Position numbers and translations under genes: made by a program. A model generated the notes under the pieces. That model saw only the letters and a list, made by a program, of their open reading frames with translations. It was not told where the DNA came from and did not search any database. Shown one piece after another: positions 56,838 to 64,000 of a DNA stretch of 64,000 nt. This stretch comes from Squalus acanthias (taxonomy: Eukaryota). Positions within the stretch are counted from its first letter, which is position 1; every line of letters begins with the position of its first letter. The DNA is taken from the NCBI GenBank assembly GCA_030390025.1, contig CM059431.1:97156001-97220000 (forward strand). The letters are read 5' to 3'.

Positions 56838-58030
56838 AAGAACAAAAGAACATAAGAAATAGGAGCAGGAGTCGGCCATTCGGACCCTTGAGCCTGATCC
56901 GCCATTCAATAAGATCATGGCTGATCAGGTCTTGACCTCAACTCCACTTTTCTGTCTGTTCCCCGTAACCCTTGACTCCCCTGTAGCTCAAATATCTGTC
57001 TATCTCCACCTTGAATATATTCACTGACTCAACCTCCACAGCTCTCTGGGGTAGAGAATTCCAAAGATTCACGACCCTCAGAGAGAAGAAATTCCTCCTC
57101 ATCTCAGTTTTAATGGGCGACCCCTTATTCTGAGACTATGCCCCTAGTTCTAGATTTCCCCACGAGGGAAAACATCCTCTCAGCATCTACCCTGTCAAGC
57201 CCCCTCAGAATCTTATATGTTTCAATAAGATCACCTCTCATTCTTCTAAACTCCAATGAGTATAGGCCCAACCTGCTCAACCTTTCCTCATAAGACAACC
57301 CCCTCATCTCAGGAATCAACCTAGTGAACCTTCTCTGAACTGCCTCCAATGCAAGTATATCCCTACTTAAGTAAGGAGACCAAAACTGTACGCAGTACTC
57401 CAGGTGTTGTCTCTCCAATGCCCTGTACAGTTGTAGCAAGACTTCCCTACTTTTATACTCCATCCCCCTTGCAAAAAAGGCCAACATTCCATTTGCCTTC
57501 CTAATTACTTGGTAATCTGCATGCTACCTTTTTGTGTTTCATGTACGAGGACACCCAGATCTTCTGTACCGCAGCATTCTGTCATCTCTCTCCATTTAAA
57601 TAATATTTTGCTTTTTTATTCTTCCTACCAATGTGGATAACCTCACATTTTCCCACATGATACTCCATCTCCCAAATTTTTGCCCACTCATTTAACCTAT
57701 CTATATCCCTTTGCAGATTCTTTGTGTCCTCCTCCCAACTTGCTTTCCCACCTATCTATGTATCGTCAGCAAATTTGGTTACAGTACACTCAGTCCCTGC
57801 ATCCAAGTCATTAATATAGATTGTAAATAGTTGAGGCCCCAGCACTGATCCCTGTGGCACCCCACTAGTTCCAGTTTGCCAACCTGAAAATGACCCATTT
57901 ATCCCGACGCTCTGTTTTCTGTTAGTTAGTTAATCCTCGATGAATGCTAATATATTACCCCCAACACCGTGAGCTCTTATCTTGTGCAGTAACCCTTTAT
58001 GTGGCACCTTATTGAATGCCTTCTGGAATT
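56838..58030 (-). mobile_element. 5'-truncated CR1 LINE (second family) inserted in the satellite
   Basis: Minus-strand ORF LQLYRALERQHLEYCVQFWSPYL...[27 protein letters not shown] and FADDT motifs near 57760-57870; tail AAGAACAAAAGAACATAAGAA differs from the tails at 911 and 14543. Confidence 0.9.
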
Positions 58031-60926
58031 GGCATTCTGTACCCACACTGGGCTATAACTCTATAGGGCCATTCTATACCCACACTGGGGCTATAACACT
58101 ATAGGGCCATTCTATACTCACACTGGGCTATAACACTATAGGGCCATTCTATACTCACACTGGGGCTGTAACACTATAGGGCCATTCTATACCCACACTG
58201 GGGCTATAACACTATAGGGCCATTCTATACCCACACTGGGCTATAACACTATAGGGCCATTCTATACTCACACTGGGGCTGTAACACTATAGGGCCATTC
58301 TATACCCACACTGGGGCTATAACACTATAGGGCCATTCTATACTCACACTGGGGCTATAACACTATAGGGCCATTCTATACTCACACTGGGGCTGTAACA
58401 CTATAGGGCCATTCTATACCCACACTGGGGCTATAACACTATAGGGCCATTCTATACCCACACTGGGCTATAACACTATAGGGCCATTCTATACTCACAC
58501 TGGGGCTATAACACTATAGGGCCATTCTATACCCACACTGGGGCTATAACACTATAGGGCCATTCTATACCCACACTGGGGCTATAACACTATAGGGCCA
58601 TTCTGTACTCACACTGGGGCTATAACACTATCGGGCCATTCTGTACCCACACTGGGGCTATAACACTATAGGGCCATTCTGTACCCACATTGGGGCTATA
58701 ACACTATAGGACCATTCTATACCCACACTGGGGCTAGAACAGTACAGGCCCATTCTGTACCCACACTGGGCTATAACACTATAGGGCCATTCTATACCCA
58801 CACTGGGGCTATAACACGATAGGGCCATTCTGTACTCACACTGGGATATAACACTATAGGGCCATTCTATACTCACACTGGGCTATAACACTATAGGGCC
58901 ATTCTGTGCCCACACTGAGGCTATAACACTATAGGGCCATTCTATACCCACATTGGGGCTATAACACTATAGGGCCATTCTGTGCCCACACTGGGGCTAT
59001 AAAACTATAGGGCCATTCTATACCCACACTGGGCTATAACACTATAGGGCCATTCTGTACCCACACTGGGGCTATAAAACTATAGTGCCATTCTATACCC
59101 ACACTGGGCTATAACACTATAGGGCCATTCTGTACCCACACTGGGGCTATAACACTATCGGGCCATTCTATACTCACACTGGGCTATAACTCTATAGGGC
59201 CATTCTATACCCACACTCGGGCTATAACACTATAGGGCCATTCTATACCCACACTGGGCTATTACACTATAGGGCCATTCTATACCCACACTGGGCTATT
59301 ACACTATAGGGCCATTCTATACCCACACTGGGGCTATAACACTATAGGGCCATTCTATACCCACACTGGGCTATAACACTATAGGGCCATTCTATACTCA
59401 CACTGGGCTATAACTCTATAGGGCCATTCTGTGCCCACACTGGGCTATAACTCTATAGGGCCATTCTGTACCCACACTGGGGCTATAACACTATAGGGCC
59501 ATTCTATACTCACACTGGGCTATAACTCTATAGGGCCATTCTATACTCACAGTGGGCTATAACTCTATAGGGCCATTCTATACCCACACTGGGGCTATAA
59601 CACTATAGGGCCATTCTATACTCACACTGGGCTATAACACTATAGGGCCATTCTGTACCCACACTGGGCTATAACACTATAGGGCCATTCTGTACCCACA
59701 TTGGGCTATAACACTATAGAGCCATTCTATACCCACACTGGGCTATAACACTATAGGACCATTCTATACCCACACTGGGCTATAACACTATAGGGCCATT
59801 CTATACCCACACTGGGGCTATAACAGTATAGGGCCATTCTATACCCACACTGGGCTATTACACTATAGGGCCATTCTATACCTACACTGGGCTATTACAC
59901 TATAGGGCCATTCTATACCCACACTGGGCTATAACACTATACGGCCATTCTATACCCACACTGGGGCTATAACAGTATAGGGCCATTCTATACCCACACT
60001 GGGCTATAACACTGTAGGGCCATTCTATACCCACACTGGGGCTATAACACTATAGGGCCATTCTGTACCCACACTGGGCTATTACACTATAGGGCCATTC
60101 TATACCTACACTGGGCTATTACACTATAGGGCCATTCTATACCCACACTGGGCTATAACACTATACGGCCATTCTATACCCACACTGGGGCTATAACAGT
60201 ATAGGGCCATTCTATACCCACACTGGGCTATAACACTGTAGGGCCATTCTATACCCACACTGGGGCTATAACACTATAGGGCCATTCTGTACCCACTTTG
60301 GGAGTGGTGCTTCCAGAATATACTCTTGTAAGTAAATGTTACTGAAATAATTTTTGTTTAACTATTCCTATTACCCATGTTGCTGAAATGTGGGTTTTCC
60401 CAGAAGGAAGATTTTAGAAGCACAAAGTAAATCATCTTCTTATTTTTTAAATTGGTCAGACCAGTGAACTAATTTTTGCAGCAAAGTGTGGACGAGGGCT
60501 GTTAGCTCCTTACGCATGTTGAGTTCAGAGGCCCAGCAAAGCCTTCGGGAAAGCCTAACTCTGCAGGTGTTGCAGCCATAGCAACCTGACTTCCTCATGC
60601 CCCTCCCCCACATCCAGGATCAATTTGCCAGTAGGAGGGAGTATCCAGTATTTTGCAGGTAAGTGGGACTTCATTATACTGCTTTCATGGCTGAGAGGTT
60701 CTGGTTCGAAAGATAACCCTGCCATTTAGCAATTAGAAAAACGTTTATCCCATGGGATAATGAAAGTGGAACAGACTTCCAGGGATGGAATTGATTCTCA
60801 GATCAGTTGAAGAATGCCCCTAACAAGGAGGCCTTGGCTTTAGAGCGAGTTGTTTGACTGCTATCTTAGGTTCTTTCCAAAGACCAGTGACCTTACTTCT
60901 GATATTTTGTTGCTCCAAGCAAAACA

Positions 60927-60957
60927 TGTCAGCCGTGGCTCAGTGGGCAGCACTCTC
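60927..60957 (+). mobile_element. 5' head (about 31 bp) of the tRNA-derived SINE, cut off by the Tx1 element
   Basis: TGTCAGCCGTGGCTCAGTGGGCAGCACTCT matches 4221-4250 at 28 of 30 positions, then similarity stops abruptly. Confidence 0.8.
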
Positions 60958-61091
60958 TAGGTGGGAGTGGCTAGGAGTAAGCAGGTGCTGCTGGTTGCCT
61001 GATTACTGCAGGGCGTTGGAGTGAGCTTGTATAAAGTTGGTGGTGTTTTTTTCAGGTTTTAGGGCCTTTTTGGCCCATAAACAGCAGCCAT

Positions 61092-62767
61092 ATGGCTGCT
61101 GAGGGGTCCGGAGTGCCAGGCCCCTCAGAGGACAATGTTACCAAGATGAATTTAATCAGGGGAGAAACTGTTGTTGGAAGGGAGAGAAAAAGGCCCAAAG
61201 ATTTGGGCTGGGACCCTAGGAGGTTTGGAAAAGAAAACACGGTGGTGGTTCAGTGCGAGGATAAGGAGATACGAGCTTGGGATATTATCCAAATGGTACA
61301 TGTGGACTGTGGCGAGGGAAGCTGCTTTGCCTGCCGACCAAAGCCGAATGTTGAGTTCGAGGTGACGCTCAGTGGCTGAGAGGAGGTGGAAAGACTTTTA
61401 CTCAGTTTGAAGGTTGGTGATAAGTTCTTGGAGGTATCTCTGCTATATTTGGAAGAGGTGGTGGTCTCATTCTTAAACTTTATATTGAGGACGATGTGCT
61501 AATCAAAAAGTTGGAGTCGTGGGACATTAAAATTTGCTCGGCAATAAAGAGGAGATACTATCCAGGAACATGGGTAGCAGATGGAACCCGTTACGTAAAG
61601 GTGCAGTTCCCAGAGCGGGTGAAGTCATTACCGTACAGCATGAAATTCGAGACAATGGAAGGAGTGCAGTACCTCCGAGTACTGCATGATAACCAAGTGA
61701 AGGTTTGTTATTATTGTCTTGGACACAACCATCTTGTAAGAAACTGTCCGGACTTGTACTGTTATAACTGCGGCGAGTCTGGACACATCGCTCGGAGCTG
61801 CAAGGCGGAGAGCTGTGGGGTGTGTCACAAAGGCCCCACCCACTGTGAGTGTGAGGCAGAAGGAAGCTCTATGAGTGACGAGGAGATGGGAGAAGGAGCA
61901 GGAGGTGTAAGTGGAATGGCCGGAGGAGCAGAGCAGGTGGAGGACACAGCTGGTGAATTGAAGGAGAAAAGAGTGCAGGAAGAGGCAGAAAATTGCGGAG
62001 CAGAGAACAGGATGGAGATGGTGGAAAACACACCAAGTACAGTGGAAAAGAACAAAGACAGCAGAGGGCAGCACGGGTCGAGGGCAGAGTCGAGCCATAA
62101 TACGGTTCAGGTCTCCCTAAAGAATCTGGTGTCCATGGGGGGAGAGGAGGCGGGAGCAGGGTGCGTGGTAAATGTAAGTACTCCAAAGAAAGATGGGGAG
62201 TCGGACATCTCGGTGAGCAGGAGGGGCCAAGACAAGGAGAGGGTGCAAGAGGCAGGAGCCTTAAAGGGGCAGCAGGATGGGAGCGGCGAGACAAAGACGC
62301 CAGAAGGGAGCAATATAGGTGCGCCATTGTCCCAGAGAGAGAAGGATCAGGGAGCAAGGGTCAGCGGTGGAGATGAGATCGAAGGAAGCAGCATTGTTGG
62401 AGAAACCGCGATAGCAGGAAGACTCTCTATGGGAGATGATGTATCTGACGGGGAGCAGGATTATGTATCTGACGGGGAGCAGGAACAGAAGGTTACAGAA
62501 GAGCTCAAGAGTGAGGAATTAGAGGGGGACAGAGACATGGAAGTGGGGGGTGGGGTGGCATCATGTGGAAAGGGAAAGGTTAGTGAGGGGCAGAAGGAGG
62601 GAGAAGGGGCAGCTCCTTGACCCAAACTTAATGCAAGGAAGAGGCTGAAACAGCAGGGAAGGTTCAAACAGGAGGTGAAAAAGAACCGAAGGCTGCAGGA
62701 AAAAGCAACAGCTGGCCGAAAAGTTGGGAAGGAGCATGAGAGGAGGGAAGGGCCAGAGATTAAATGA
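61092..62767 (+). pseudogene. Tx1 ORF1 (gag-like zinc-knuckle protein), disrupted
   Basis: VVSFLN..YIEDD, IKRRYYPGTWVADGTRYVKV and SLPYSMKF motifs; knuckles CYYCLGHNHLVRNC and CYNCGESGHIARSC. In-frame TGA at 61377 and 62618 and a frameshift near 61480; a basic tail continues to TGA 62765-67. Confidence 0.8.
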
Positions 62768-62805
62768 TGGGGAGATTATCAGGCATACTTCCCTTATTCG
62801 GAGCC

Positions 62806-64000
62806 ATGATTACATTGGTCTCGATTAATGTGAACGGACTGAGGGGTGAGAAGAAATTGCAGCAGTTGTTGCAGTTTTAAAGGCACTGACTTGTTGTGTC
62901 TGCAAGAAACCTTTTGGGATGAGGATATCCTAGAAAGAGTTCGGAAGGTTTGGAAGGGAGAGGTGTTTGTAAGTTGTGCAAACAATAACCGTAGAGGGGT
63001 GGCTGTACTGGTGAGTCCGTCCATAAAAGAGAATGTTGCCTTGGTGGACAAGGACACTGAGGGGAGATTTTTAAGGCTAAGAGTAAAAATGGAGGAATTT
63101 AATTGCGATCTCTTTAATATCTATGCACCGAATGACCATTGCAAGCGTCGTGAGTTTTTTCAGGGGTTATTCACTGAAGTAGCAGAGGTGGAAAATCCTT
63201 GTATAGTGGGGGATTTTAATGTATTTTTATCTCGGATGGACATTTCAGCCCAGATGACCTTTAAGGATGATAACTCCAGAGGGATGATTGTAAAAATGAT
63301 GGCAAATTTAAATTTGAGAGACTTATGGAGGGACCGGAACCCCATAAAAAGGGAGTTCTCCAGAACAGGTTGGGTGGGTGATGTTTTAAAACAGAGCCGA
63401 ATAGATTTTGTGTTAATACGGGAAGGGTTAAGTTCTGAGGTGATGGAGATTTATTACAAAAAAGTATATTTTAGTGACCACTTGGCTTTGGTTCTTAGAA
63501 TTAGGAACAGCAGAGTTAAGATCGGTTCAGGGGTGTGGATTTTAAACAATCAATGCATGAAAGAAATTGCTTATAAAGAAGGGATTTTAAATATAATAAA
63601 GAATGCTCAGAAGGAACCTTTGTTCTTGAAAGAAAGAAGAGTTTGGTGGGACAATTTCAAATATGAGGTAAAAGTTTTTTCGGTACATTATGGGAAAAAG
63701 AGAGCGGCAGCTAACTGGTGTCGAGAAAAGAATATAAACAAAAGGTTTACGGATGTCTGTAAAGCAGTTGACGGAGGGGATAAGGGAGCTGAGACTAAGT
63801 TCCGGGTGTTAAAGGAAGAGTGGGAATTATTGCAAGCTGAAAAATGCAAGGGGGCCATTCTCCGTGCAAAGGCTAAAGATGCATTGGAGGGCGAAAGATG
63901 CACGAGATATTTTCTAGAGCAAGAGAAGCTGCGACAGAGATTATCATTAATTGGAGAGTTGAAGGTTGGGGAGAAGATCATGAATGAAAGTGGGGAGATT
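62806..64000 (+). pseudogene. Tx1 ORF2 N-terminus (APE endonuclease), one frameshift, incomplete at window edge
   Basis: MITLVSINVNGLR, frameshift near 62875, then LCLQET, RGVAVL, NIYAPN, GDFN, SRIDF and SDH motifs; open to the end of the window. Confidence 0.85.

Larger units (their letters stand above)
17590..60296. repeat. Large tandem satellite array of 37/38-bp monomers (roughly 1,050 units) with higher-order structure
   Basis: Consensus CTATAACACTATAGGGCCATTCTATACCCACACTGGG(G), head to tail in one orientation, interrupted only at 26265-27037, 36296-37068 and ~56838-58030. Confidence 0.98.
60958..64000 (+). mobile_element. Tx1-clade (L1 group) non-LTR retrotransposon, 5' portion, runs off the window
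   Basis: Short 5' UTR, CCHC zinc-knuckle ORF1, then ORF2 starting with an APE endonuclease. Confidence 0.85.

Noticed and set aside
17590..60296. CRISPR array (37/38-bp repeats with dyad symmetry)
   Set aside because: Repeats are contiguous with no unique spacers, there are no cas genes, and the context is eukaryotic.

Overview
Eukaryotic, repeat-dominated window with no recognisable host protein-coding gene. The repeat families (Deu-domain tRNA-derived SINEs, CR1 LINEs, Harbinger, Tx1) suggest a cartilaginous fish or similar vertebrate; this is an inference. Bases 1-17.5 kb hold LINE/SINE fragments, micro- and minisatellites and a complete ~4.1 kb PIF/Harbinger transposon (5522-9606, AAT target-site duplication). 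Its spliced Myb/SANT gene still reads open, while its transposase has four in-frame stops and a lost catalytic Asp. Bases ~17.6-60.3 kb are one tandem array of a 37/38-bp monomer. The array carries two identical 773-bp GC-rich Harbinger-type MITEs 10,031 bp apart (one insertion duplicated by a 10-kb array expansion), a nested 2,372-bp duplication and a 5'-truncated CR1 insertion. From ~60.96 kb to the window end lies the 5' part of a Tx1-clade non-LTR retrotransposon whose 5' end abuts the tRNA-like head of a SINE.
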